A stretch of 64,000 nt of DNA from Actinomycetota bacterium (GTDB lineage Bacteria; Actinomycetota; Actinomycetes; S36-B12; UBA10799): contig JACJWU010000008.1 in assembly GCA_020636995.1 (NCBI GenBank), positions 555-64,554 of the forward strand, given 5' to 3'. The notes below the pieces were generated by a model that was not told the origin of the DNA, did no database searches, and worked only from the letters and a program-made list of their open reading frames with translations. Of the stretch, positions 47,987-57,254 are shown piece by piece; the first letter of the stretch is position 1; every line of letters begins with the position of its first letter. The translations under genes were made by a program, and so were the position numbers.

Positions 47987-48475
47987 TCAGCTTCTGCTGG
48001 TGGTTTCTTCCTTGGCTTCCTCGGGCAGTGTGATCGAACAGGTCATCTCCCCGCGCAGCCGCACCATCAGGGCCCAGGTCAGCACACCCAAGCCTGCGAC
48101 GGCGAGGTACGGCTGGATCGGCGCGAAGAACTGCATCGCTCCCGAGGCGCCCAGGGCGATGAGTACGAGTTTGTTGCAGACGGGGCAACCGATCGCGAAG
48201 TACGACAGCAGTGCGCCGACCGTCCCCTTCTTGTCCAGGCCCTCCTCGCGTCCGGTCGCGACGTACGTCGCGGTGAGCAGTCCCGTGAGCGCCGAGGTCG
48301 CGATCAGCACCTCCATCGCCCAATCGGTGGGGGCGACGCTGCGACCGAAGACCGGGTTCGGGATCACCGCAGTACTGAGTCCGAGGAGCAGGAACGTGGC
48401 CACCGCAGTTCCAGCGGCCACCAGCCAGCGGCGTGCGGTCCACGAGGCGAAGGCTGTCAGAGGACAGGTCGGCAT
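47987..48475 (-). CDS. Hypothetical membrane protein with CPVC motif
   Basis: Four hydrophobic segments and GCPVCNKL. Confidence 0.65.
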   Translation of the reverse strand: MPTCPLTAFASWTARRWLVAAGTAVATFLLLGLSTAVIPNPVFGRSVAPTDWAMEVLIATSALTGLLTATYVATGREEGLDKKGTVGALLSYFAIGCPVCNKLVLIALGASGAMQFFAPIQPYLAVAGLGVLTWALMVRLRGEMTCSITLPEEAKEETTSRS

Positions 48476-48490
48476 GGGTCGAGTATACCC

Positions 48491-49138
48491 CTAGTGGGTA
48501 TCTGCGCGGGTCGTTCGACGGCTGCCTTCCACCGCGAGGAGGCTGCCGGTCACGAACACTGCGACCACATTGGTGAGGATGATCGGTACGTCCGGACGGA
48601 AGATGCCGTACGAGAGCCAGAGCAACTGTCCTGTGAGCAGGAGGCCGAGCGTGGCGAGCGAGACCTCGGACGGCAGTCCGGCGCGCCGACGGCTCAGCGA
48701 CTCGACCAGTTGCGGCACGGTGGTCAGCAATCCGCACGTGACCCCGATACTGGCGGACACCCCGGCCGGCAGCTGCAGCAGGAGGGCCACGATCGCCGCG
48801 GCCACCAGTGCGGGGACTGCGATCGCCGCCGGCCAGGGCCATGCCCGCTGCCTGACCAGCAGGAGCATGACGACCGGCAGCGTCGTGCTCAGGAACGGGA
48901 TGTTTCCGACGATGATGCCCGGGGCCTGCACGAGCAGTCCGTACGCGAACCAACTGGCACCGGACAGCGCGAAGATCATCCAGGTCAGCAGGCTCACTCC
49001 CGCTGCGCTGCGGTCGCGCAGGATGCGGGCGATCTGCGGCAACGACATCGACGTCATCAGCACCGAACCCGCGTACGCGAGCCACTCGACGTTCACCGCC
49101 CTCACGATACTGATGGGGCGAGGCCCGGTCCCGCTCAT
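48491..49138 (-). CDS. Two-repeat PQ-loop / SWEET-like transporter
   Basis: LPQ...S..GVS...W..YG...N occurs twice, with an intervening TM helix. Confidence 0.75.
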   Translation of the reverse strand: MSGTGPRPISIVRAVNVEWLAYAGSVLMTSMSLPQIARILRDRSAAGVSLLTWMIFALSGASWFAYGLLVQAPGIIVGNIPFLSTTLPVVMLLLVRQRAWPWPAAIAVPALVAAAIVALLLQLPAGVSASIGVTCGLLTTVPQLVESLSRRRAGLPSEVSLATLGLLLTGQLLWLSYGIFRPDVPIILTNVVAVFVTGSLLAVEGSRRTTRADTH

Positions 49139-49231
49139 GCGTGTCCATGCCGGCCAGCCACGGCCCGCGGCATTGCCCGGTCCCGCTCATGCGTGCCCAT
49201 GCCGCCAGCGCGGCCCGCGGCATTGCCCGGT
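49124..49231. repeat. Tandem duplication (52 and 50 bp) abutting the left end of element A5
   Basis: CCCGGTCCCGCTCATGCGTG...GGCCCGCGGCATTG at 49124 and 49176; includes the PQ-loop start codon. Confidence 0.85.
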
Positions 49232-49235
49232 TGTT

Positions 49236-49348
49236 CCGGTTAGAGATCGGCATCTTGGTTAGTCGGCGGCAGGTTGGTTAGAGTCCCACGGCCGTATAGG
49301 ACTAACGGGAGTGCTGTATGTCTAACCGAGATGCCGATCTCTAACCGG
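49236..49348. repeat. Family A palindromic element, copy 5 (113 bp)
   Basis: Same terminal inverted repeats and core, same orientation. Confidence 0.95.
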
Positions 49349-49567
49349 GATGAGCGGTGACCACCCCCGGCGCAACTGCTCCACCGCTCGATCGCAGGAG
49401 GTCCCCGGCAATCGGGTTGCTCTTGTCGTCGTGGATCTCCAGGTACGCCACCTGGGAGTTCCGCCGCCATGACCAACCCGCCTGGACATCACACCTAGGA
49501 CTCACGGGACTGCCGCCCGAACTGTGATGGACGGCTGGCCCGCTGGAAGCGGCAAGGGTTACGCTGT

Positions 49568-49662
49568 ACGGGCAAGGGGAGCTCGGGGCAGCCGGGCTGA
49601 GAGGGTCACCGACGCGCGTGGCCGACCCACCGAACCTGATCTGGGTAATGCCAGCGGAGGAA
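49568..49662 (+). ncRNA. TPP riboswitch
   Basis: GGGGAGC...CTGAGAG...GACCC...ACCTGATCTGGGTAATGCCAGCGGAGG, directly upstream of a thiamine ABC operon; SD lies inside the aptamer 3' end. Confidence 0.93.
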
Positions 49663-49664
49663 CT

Positions 49665-50687
49665 GTGAAGAAACTGCTGCTCCTGCCTCTCGTGGCCGCA
49701 CTGGCGGCGTGCTCCTCGACCGCACCCGAGATCGAATCGTCGCCTCCGACTGAGGTCGTGCTCGTGACCCATGACTCCTTCTCGGTGTCGAAGAAGGTGC
49801 TGCGGGAGTTCAGCGAGCAGACCGGCTACGAGGTGACAATCGTGCAGAACGGGGACACCGGTCAGGTCGTGAACTCCGCGATCCTGTCGGCAGGTGTCCC
49901 GCAGGGGGACGTGCTGTTCGGAGTCGACAACACCTTCCTGAGCCGGGCCCAGGAAGGCGGGGTGTTCGAGGACTACCAAGCCGCGGGCGCGCCCGAGCAG
50001 CTCGCCCAGGCCGCGCCGGGTGTCACCCCGATCGACACCGGCGCGGTGTGCCTGAACTACGACCGGGAGTACTTCGCGGACTCCCCGCCGCCGGCGACGC
50101 CTGCGGACCTGGTGAAGCCGCAGTACAAGGACCTCACGGTGGTGCAGAACCCCGCCACCTCGTCGCCGGGGCTGGCCTTCCTGCTGTCAACCGTGTCGCG
50201 TCAACCCGATTGGCAGACCTACTGGGAGCAGTTGAAGGCCAACGGCGTGAAGGTCGTGGACGGCTGGGAGAACGCCTACTACCAACAGTTCTCCGGCGGA
50301 TCCGGAGAAGGCACGCGGCCGATCGTCGTCTCGTATTCGACGAGTCCGGCCGCTGAGGTCATGTTCAGCGAAGACCCGGAGGCGCCGGCCCCAACAGCCA
50401 ATGTCGACTCCGACTGCTTCCAGCAGGTGGAGTACGCCGGTGTCCTGGCCGGGGCGCGCAATCCGGAAGGGGCGCGGGCCTTCATCGACTACATGCTCTC
50501 CGCCACTTTCCAGGACGACATCGCCGAGCAGATGTTCGTGTATCCGGTGGTACCCGACGCAGCGGTACCGCCGGCATTCGAGGAGTACTCCGCGCCGCCC
50601 ACTGATCCTGTGGTGATGGCACCCGAACAGATCGCCGCCGGGCGTGAGGAATGGATCGACGAGTGGTCGGCGATCATGGGTCAGTAG
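49665..50687 (+). CDS. thiB: Thiamine ABC transporter substrate-binding lipoprotein
   Basis: Lipobox LAAC, THDSF, GVDNTFL, PATSSPG.AFL and SYSTSP. Confidence 0.92.
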   Translation: MKKLLLLPLVAALAACSSTAPEIESSPPTEVVLVTHDSFSVSKKVLREFSEQTGYEVTIVQNGDTGQVVNSAILSAGVPQGDVLFGVDNTFLSRAQEGGVFEDYQAAGAPEQLAQAAPGVTPIDTGAVCLNYDREYFADSPPPATPADLVKPQYKDLTVVQNPATSSPGLAFLLSTVSRQPDWQTYWEQLKANGVKVVDGWENAYYQQFSGGSGEGTRPIVVSYSTSPAAEVMFSEDPEAPAPTANVDSDCFQQVEYAGVLAGARNPEGARAFIDYMLSATFQDDIAEQMFVYPVVPDAAVPPAFEEYSAPPTDPVVMAPEQIAAGREEWIDEWSAIMGQ

Positions 50688-52273
50688 GCCGCACGGCCGT
50701 CCTGGCCGTGCCAGTCGTCTTCTTGCTGGTGCTGTTCGTGGTGCCGGTGGCCGCGGTTGTCCGGGTCGGCCTCAGCGAGGGTCCGGCGGGCATGCTCGGG
50801 GTCCTGGTGGACGCGCGCACCTGGGGCGTCCTCGGCTTCACGCTGCTGCAGGCGGCGCTGTCAACGGTGGCGACCCTGATCGTGGCCATCCCGGCAGCGG
50901 TGGTGATCGCCGGCTATCGCTTCCCGGGTCGCGGACTGCTGCGCGCACTTGTCCTCGTGCCGTTCGTGATGCCGACTGTGGTGGTCGCCGCCGCTTTCCT
51001 CGCGCTCATCGGCCCGACGGGGCTGCTCGGGGTGGACCTGTCCGGCAGCATCTGGGGGTTGGTCCTGGCCCACATGTTCCTCAACCTGGCGGTCGTCATC
51101 CGGGTGCTGGGAGCCGCGCTGGCCACCCTGGACCCGGACCTTGAGAACGCCGCGCGACTTCTGGGTGCCTCCCGCTGGCAGGCGTGGCGGAGAGTCACGT
51201 GGCCGCTGGTCGCGCCCTCGGTGCGGGCCGCGTCGGCGATCGTGTTCTTGTTCTGCTTCACCTCCTTCGGGGTCGTGCAGGTACTGGGTGACGGCCAGTT
51301 GCGCACCCTTGAGGTGCAGATCTACCGGAGCACCGCCTACCTGCTGGATCTGCCGGCAGCGGCGGCTCTGGCGCTGCTGCAGTTGATCGCTGTCGTCGCG
51401 ATGCTGGTGGTTGTCGGCCGGGGGCGAAGCGTGGTGGCGGGCAGCGCCGTCGACATCTCCCGCCGACCGCGGGGGTGGCGGGAGATATCGCTGGTCGCGG
51501 GGGTCGTGGTCGGTACGGCCCTGTTGGTCGTCACCCCGTTACTTGTGATCGCTGGCCGCTCGCTGCTGGTCGGCGGGCAGTGGTCGACCGCCGGGTGGCA
51601 GGTGCTGTTCTCGCCGGGGGAGACCACCAATGCGGTGGACCCCTGGGCCGCTGTGCTGGCCTCGCTGCGTACATCGATCCTGGCGACCGTGCTCGCGATG
51701 CTCGTCGGGGGTGCCGCAGCGATCGGGCTGGCGATGGGGCGGCGTGGCACATGGCTGCGCTCCGTGGACGCGATGCTTCTCCTGCCGCTGGGAACGTCCG
51801 CGGTGACCGTTGGGCTGGGGATGCTGCTGGCGTTCGGGCGCCCGCCCATCGATTTGCGCAACACCGGGCTGCTGATCGTGCTCGCCCAAGCGCTGGTCGC
51901 GATGCCGTTCGTGGTGCGTGTCCTGACGCCGGGGTTCGAGTCGTTCGACCGTCGCTATCTCGAAGTGGCCGCCGTGCTCGGGCGGACACCCCGACACGCA
52001 CTGCGGACCGTCGCCGCGCCGTTGCTCCTTCCGCTGATCACGGTGGCTGTCGGATTCGCGTTCGCGGTGACCCTCGGAGAGTTCGGTGCCACTGTGTTCC
52101 TGGCCACGCCGGCCGACCCGACCCTGCCGGTGGCGATCTCCAGGCTGTTGGCGAGGCCGGGAGAAGTCACGGTCGCGGCCGCCTACGCCGCGAGCACGAT
52201 GCTCATGCTGATCACCGCCGTGGTCGTCGTGGGGATCGACCGGCTGCGCGCCGGCAAGGCGGTGGTGTTCTGA
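50651..52273 (+). CDS. thiP: Thiamine ABC transporter permease
   Basis: Two EAA-loop halves; FCFTSFG and LGEFGAT; start codon uncertain. Confidence 0.88.
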   Translation: MDRRVVGDHGSVGRTAVLAVPVVFLLVLFVVPVAAVVRVGLSEGPAGMLGVLVDARTWGVLGFTLLQAALSTVATLIVAIPAAVVIAGYRFPGRGLLRALVLVPFVMPTVVVAAAFLALIGPTGLLGVDLSGSIWGLVLAHMFLNLAVVIRVLGAALATLDPDLENAARLLGASRWQAWRRVTWPLVAPSVRAASAIVFLFCFTSFGVVQVLGDGQLRTLEVQIYRSTAYLLDLPAAAALALLQLIAVVAMLVVVGRGRSVVAGSAVDISRRPRGWREISLVAGVVVGTALLVVTPLLVIAGRSLLVGGQWSTAGWQVLFSPGETTNAVDPWAAVLASLRTSILATVLAMLVGGAAAIGLAMGRRGTWLRSVDAMLLLPLGTSAVTVGLGMLLAFGRPPIDLRNTGLLIVLAQALVAMPFVVRVLTPGFESFDRRYLEVAAVLGRTPRHALRTVAAPLLLPLITVAVGFAFAVTLGEFGATVFLATPADPTLPVAISRLLARPGEVTVAAAYAASTMLMLITAVVVVGIDRLRAGKAVVF

Positions 52274-53148
52274 TGCTGCGGTTGCAGGCTGTCACCGCCT
52301 CCTACGACCAGCCCGTCCTGCGCGGTATCGATCTGAACGTGGCGCGGGGGGAGATCGTGTGCATCCTCGGTCCCAGCGGTGGCGGCAAGTCCACGCTGTT
52401 GCGCGCCGTGGCCGGGCTGGTGCCCCATGGCGGGCTGATCGAGGTGGCGGGAGAGGCGATGGTCGGTGTGCCGCCACACCGCCGGGGTGTCGGCATGATG
52501 TTCCAGGACGACCTGCTCTTCCCGCACCTCGACGTTGCGGGCAACGTGGGTTTCGGGCTGCGACCGGCCGATCCCGCGCGGGTCGCGCAGATGCTGGATC
52601 TGGTTGGCTTGTCCGGCTTCGGGCCGCGTGGCGTCGACACCCTCAGCGGGGGGCAGGCCCAGCGTGTGGCACTTGCGCGGGCGCTGGCCCCGCAGCCACG
52701 CCTGCTGCTTCTCGACGAGCCGTTCGGCGCCCTCGACGTGGTCCTGAAGGCGGGTTTGGTCCTTGACGTCCAGCGGGTTCTGCGGGAACTGGGAATGACT
52801 GTTCTGGCTGTCACACACGACCGGCAGGAGGCCTTCACGCTGGCCGACCGGGTCGCGGTCCTGCGGGACGGGACGTTGGTCCAGGTCGGCACACCGGACG
52901 AACTGTGGAACGAACCTGCGGATATGTACGTCGCGCGCCTCGTGGGGCTGTCGGTACTCGAGGGCCGGGCCTATCGTCCCGAGCAGATCCGGATGTCCGC
53001 GGGTGGACCGTGGTCGGCGCGGGTCACGGGCCGTACCTTCCGCGACGGACACCACCTGGTGTCGGCGCGGGTGGCGGGGGAGACAGTCGTGTTCGTCTGT
53101 GACCGGGCCCTCGAACCCGGAACCGAGGTGCGCCTGGCGGTCACCTAG
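52273..53148 (+). CDS. thiQ: Thiamine ABC transporter ATPase
   Basis: GPSGGGKST, LSGGQAQR and LLLDEPF. Confidence 0.88.
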   Translation: MLRLQAVTASYDQPVLRGIDLNVARGEIVCILGPSGGGKSTLLRAVAGLVPHGGLIEVAGEAMVGVPPHRRGVGMMFQDDLLFPHLDVAGNVGFGLRPADPARVAQMLDLVGLSGFGPRGVDTLSGGQAQRVALARALAPQPRLLLLDEPFGALDVVLKAGLVLDVQRVLRELGMTVLAVTHDRQEAFTLADRVAVLRDGTLVQVGTPDELWNEPADMYVARLVGLSVLEGRAYRPEQIRMSAGGPWSARVTGRTFRDGHHLVSARVAGETVVFVCDRALEPGTEVRLAVT

Positions 53149-53501
53149 TCCGCTGCCGGCGAGCGGCGCCGGAGTACCAGTGCTGCGATCCCGCGCCATC
53201 CGAGCAGGGTCAGCGCCAGGAATCCGGCCGCGACCAGGATGAACGTGAACGCCGTGCCATCGCCGCCGACCCTGCGCAGAAGCATGCCGCCGACCAGCGT
53301 GACCAGCCAGATCACGAAACCCGCACGCAGGGACTCCGCGGGCTTCAACGGGATCGCGATCACCCACCCGATGGCCAGTGCCGCCACGAAGGGTGCTGCC
53401 ACCCGCACCAGGGAGTCGTCTTCGCCATGGGACGAGATGCCAACCGCCACGAAGGCGACGACGCACACCAGGTCCAGGATCGCTGCAGCCCACGTCTTCA
53501 C
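53145..53501 (-). CDS. DUF3054-like membrane protein
   Basis: D.V.V..F...G..SH, four TM segments, GWR. Confidence 0.7.
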   Translation of the reverse strand: MKTWAAAILDLVCVVAFVAVGISSHGEDDSLVRVAAPFVAALAIGWVIAIPLKPAESLRAGFVIWLVTLVGGMLLRRVGGDGTAFTFILVAAGFLALTLLGWRGIAALVLRRRSPAAD

Positions 53502-53550
53502 GCCCCCGACTGTAGTTGCGCGATGTCAGTGGCGGCCGCAGGCTGGGCGG

Positions 53551-53925
53551 GTGGCGATCCACGAGTTCATCGGCGTGTACCACGCGGACGGCGGTCTGCG
53601 GGGCGAGGTGCGGTACGTGGTCGGACATCTGCTGGGACGCACCGAGTGCGCCCTGTGCGACATCACCCATTCGCCGATTCGCCGCAAGAAGCAGTGGGAC
53701 GGTTTCGTTGCAGACCTAGGCGTGCCTTTCCGCCTTCTGCACCTCAACGAGATGCCGCCGGACGTCGCATCGGCCGTGAGCCGTGTCGGCAGCCCCCTCG
53801 TGCTCGCCCGGACCGAGAGCGGCCTGCAGGTTCTGCTTTCGCCGCGCGAACTGGCCCGGCTCGACGGTTCGGTCGACGCATTCGCGGCGGCACTGGCCAC
53901 CGCTTCAGCCGCGATCACGCTGTGA
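53551..53925 (+). CDS. Conserved hypothetical protein (GVY.ADG...C.LCDITH)
   Basis: Coding-like frame with conserved-looking Cys/His motif. Confidence 0.65.
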   Translation: MAIHEFIGVYHADGGLRGEVRYVVGHLLGRTECALCDITHSPIRRKKQWDGFVADLGVPFRLLHLNEMPPDVASAVSRVGSPLVLARTESGLQVLLSPRELARLDGSVDAFAAALATASAAITL

Positions 53926-53947
53926 GTGTTCGCTAGCGTTGGCGTCC

Positions 53948-55110
53948 GTGGACCCCATCCGGCGCACCGAGACGTGGTTCTCACGCAACGGCTTCCCGCA
54001 GTTCGTCGACGGGTACAACTCGGCCGAACACATCTGGACCCGGGCGCTGCCGGCCATGGCGGTGGTGGCCGCGGTGCAACTGGTGTCCGCCCTGTCGCTG
54101 GCCGTGACCAACGGCACCCGCCTGGTCCCGGTACTGGTCCTGGTGGTGCCCGGGCTGGTGCTGGTGAGCTGGGGTTTCTGGTCGAAGTCGCGGCGCGGGT
54201 ACTGGTTCGCCCCTGCGGATCGCGTGGGCTGGCCCATCCTTGCGGGCTTCCTGGCAGTGGGGGTGGTGGCTGAACTCGTCCAGATCGGGCAGCGTGTGGA
54301 CGGCGAGGTGGTCGATTGGCTGTCCGTGTTCGGAGCCTTGATCGTGCAGGCCCTGCTCCTCGGGCTGATCTACCTGTTCACTCGCTTCGCGATCCTGGCG
54401 ATGATCGTCTGGGCGGTCCGGCAGACGGTCCGAAGTGCAGGTGACCTGTACGTCGTCACCACGAAGGCGTTGCCCCTGCTGCTGATCGTGCTGATCGTGC
54501 TGTTCATCAACACAGAGGTATGGCAGGTGGCAAGTAGCCTCGACTCGCTGTTGCTGTGGGCCAGCAGCGGGTTGCTCCTGCTGCTCGGGGTGCTGGTCAC
54601 GGTGGAGCGCACGCATGATCAGATCGCGATGCTGCAGCAGGACGGGCCTGCGGACGACGTGCGCGCGGCCTGTCGCCGGACTCCCCTTTCCGGCGTGGTC
54701 GATGGGGTCGAGCAGTTCGTCGGGCCCCAACTGGGGCGACCGCAGCGGCGCAACATGCTCATCTCCGCACTTGCCACGCAGGCCATCCAGGCCGCGTTGA
54801 TCGGCATCCTGGTATGGCTGTTCTTCATCGTTTTCGGGGTTGTGGCGATCACGTACCCGGTTCAGGCCGCGTGGGTGGGAGACCTCGGTGCCACTGACGT
54901 GTTCTTCACCATCGGCGACGACCATGTGCTCTCCCGTGCACTGATCCGGGTGGCCACGTTCCTCGGTGCGTTCGCGGCGTTCTACACGACCATCTACGCC
55001 TCGAGCGATCCTGTGTACCGGGCGTCCTTCTCCGATGACGCGGGGCGTCGCTTCAGAAGGCCGTGGATGTCCGGCGGGCGTACCTGACGCTGAAGACGGC
55101 CGATGGCTGA
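53948..55110 (+). CDS. Integral membrane protein with one apparent frameshift near 55043
   Basis: RALP/KALPLLL...FINTEVWQ motif; adding one G restores ...ASLQKAVDVRRAYLTLKTADG-stop overlapping the next ATG. Confidence 0.7.
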
Positions 55111-55525
55111 CCGGGGACGGGATGCCACCGGCCGGCCGCTGAACCCACGGGCGAGGGACAGCCTCGGCCGCCCACTGCCCACCGGCGCCCGGGGTCGCGC
55201 CCCTGCCGGAGCCCATCGACCCTTCGCCGGAAGCGGTGGTCGCGCTGGTCGGCCGGCTACTCGACGAGGGCCTGCCGTTCCAGGCTCACGAAGCCCTCGA
55301 GGCAGCCTGGAAATCGGCACCGGGCGAGCAGCGCGCGGCCTGGCAGGGGATGGCGCAACTCGCGGTGGCCCTGACCCACGCGCTGCGGGGCAATCCACCG
55401 GCGCCAGGCGCCTTCGGCAGCAGGCGGAGGTGAATCCCGCGCCGGGAGGGCTGCCGCGGGTGGCCGACGGTCTGCGGGAGCGGCTGCGCGGGTTGTGTGA
55501 CGACGCGGGTGCGCTGGCAGAGTGA
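55103..55525 (+). CDS. DUF309-like protein, split by apparent frameshifts
   Basis: RD..GRP.N.R.RD.LGRPLP in one frame; LLDEGLPFQAHEALEAAWK...WQGMAQLAVALTH in another. Confidence 0.7.
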   Translation: MADRGRDATGRPLNPRARDSLGRPLPTGARGRAPAGAHRPFAGSGGRAGRPATRRGPAVPGSRSPRGSLEIGTGRAARGLAGDGATRGGPDPRAAGQSTGARRLRQQAEVNPAPGGLPRVADGLRERLRGLCDDAGALAE

Positions 55526-55531
55526 CATTGG

Positions 55532-55663
55532 CGTACGGAACTGGTTGGGGTCCAGGCTGCGCCAACCAGTAACACGCGGTTGCCGGTCGACGGTGTCCGC
55601 CAACTGCGGCGTGTCGCGTACGGAACTGGTCAGGGCCGAGGGTGCGCCAACCAGTTCCGTACG
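55532..55663. repeat. REP doublet family B, copy 2
   Basis: Hairpins starting at 55532 and 55617, with the same arms as 34495/34580. Confidence 0.85.
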
Positions 55664-55665
55664 GC

Positions 55666-57254
55666 TCAACTGTTCATCCGCTTGTAGAAGCCCTTCACCG
55701 ACCCGTAGAGCTTCTTGTACTCGCGCATGTGATGGGCGTACACCTCACGGTCGGCCGGGTCGGGTCGAAGGTCCGCGCGACGGGTACCCGCGCTGCTGCC
55801 TCGTCCAGGGTGATCTCACCCATGCACACCAGGGCCCACAGCGCGATCCCCGCAGTTGTGCGTTGAGTGGGTCCGCCACCTGCTCGATGCGACGGTCCAG
55901 TGTGGAGGCGATGATCGAGCACCACAGGTCGGACTGCGCGCCACCACCCATGATCCGGATGCTGGGCACCTTACGTTTGACGAATTTTTCGTAGTAGCCG
56001 AAGAGCCAGTTGATGTTCAGCGCCACCCCTCCATGACGGCCCGCACGAGCATCGCCCGATCGGTCCGCAGAGAGAGGTTGAGGAAAGCCGCGCGCAAGTT
56101 CTTGTCCTCGATCGGGCTGCGTTCCCGGCCAGCCAGGGAGTGAAGATGACGCCCTCCGAGCCGGCCGGGGCCGTCGCCGCCAATTCGGTGAGCGCGGCGT
56201 ACGTCGGCTGTTCGGTCACCGGCGCCGCACCGTCGGCACCGATCCCGCTGCCGCCTCCCAGTAGTCCGTCGGAAGGCGCGATGATCTGCTCCCCAGCCAC
56301 GACAGCGCCGCGCCGCCGGTCTCGATGTTGTTACCCACGATGTTCATGTCGGGGCTCAGGCCTGGCAGCGTCGCCATCCCGTGCAGGATATCGGTGCGCT
56401 TGAACGGAACCGGCGCGGAGAGCCACGCGGTGGTCGACACCGCCATATGCGTGTCGTAGGCCTTGACTGCTCCACTACCCACGATGGCCGCGTGGATGTC
56501 CGGGATGCCACAGGCGACGGGCACCCCGGGCTTGAGGCCCAGACGTTCGGCCGGTTCGTCGAGCAGCGGACCCTGGATCGAGCCGGTAGGGATCAACTCG
56601 GGCAGCAACTCGGGTTTGCGGCCCGACCGCTTGACGAGGTCTGCGACGTACTCGGGCTTGCTGCCGATGTGGTTGTCGGTGAGCCACGAGGCGGTCATCG
56701 AGACCGGCGTGGCGGCCGCCCGCCCGTGTGAGCAGGAAGGCGAGGTAGTCGACGGGTTCCAACAGGACCCCTGCAGCGCTCGCCGATGTCGGACAACTCG
56801 TTCTGCAGAAGCAACGCGTGCCCGGTCGGGTCGGCGCCGGCAGGGTTCGGGCGCCGCCGGTGATCCGGACCCGGCGGCAGCACCTTGTGGGCGCGTACCC
56901 GCCGAAACTGATCGGACCGCCGAGGATGCGCGCGACGTTGCGCCGAGACCGCGTGTCCCACCACAGAATCACTGGTCCGGCAGGATCGTCATCGGGACCG
57001 ACAGGGACGGTGGAACCCCATTGCCCGGTGATCCCGATCGCGACCAGATCGTCCTTCGGGACATCGGCGATGACCTCAGCCACGGCTGCGCGCAGCGCGA
57101 CCTCCCATTCGATGGCGTCCTGGGTGGCGGTGCCGTCAAGGCCGACGTAGACGGACACCGGCTTGAACGCGGTCGCCAGTATCGTGCCGGTAAACTCGAC
57201 CGCGGCCACTTTCAGGCCGCCATTGCCGAGGTCGATCCCCAGGACCCACCTCAC
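55666..57254 (-). CDS. FGGY-family carbohydrate kinase (xylulokinase-like), multiple apparent frameshifts
   Basis: LGIDLG...K, ITGQW..TVPV, W.DTR, EPVDYL, G.PD, FTPWL.G and MGGGAQSDLWC fragments in successive frames. Confidence 0.75.
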
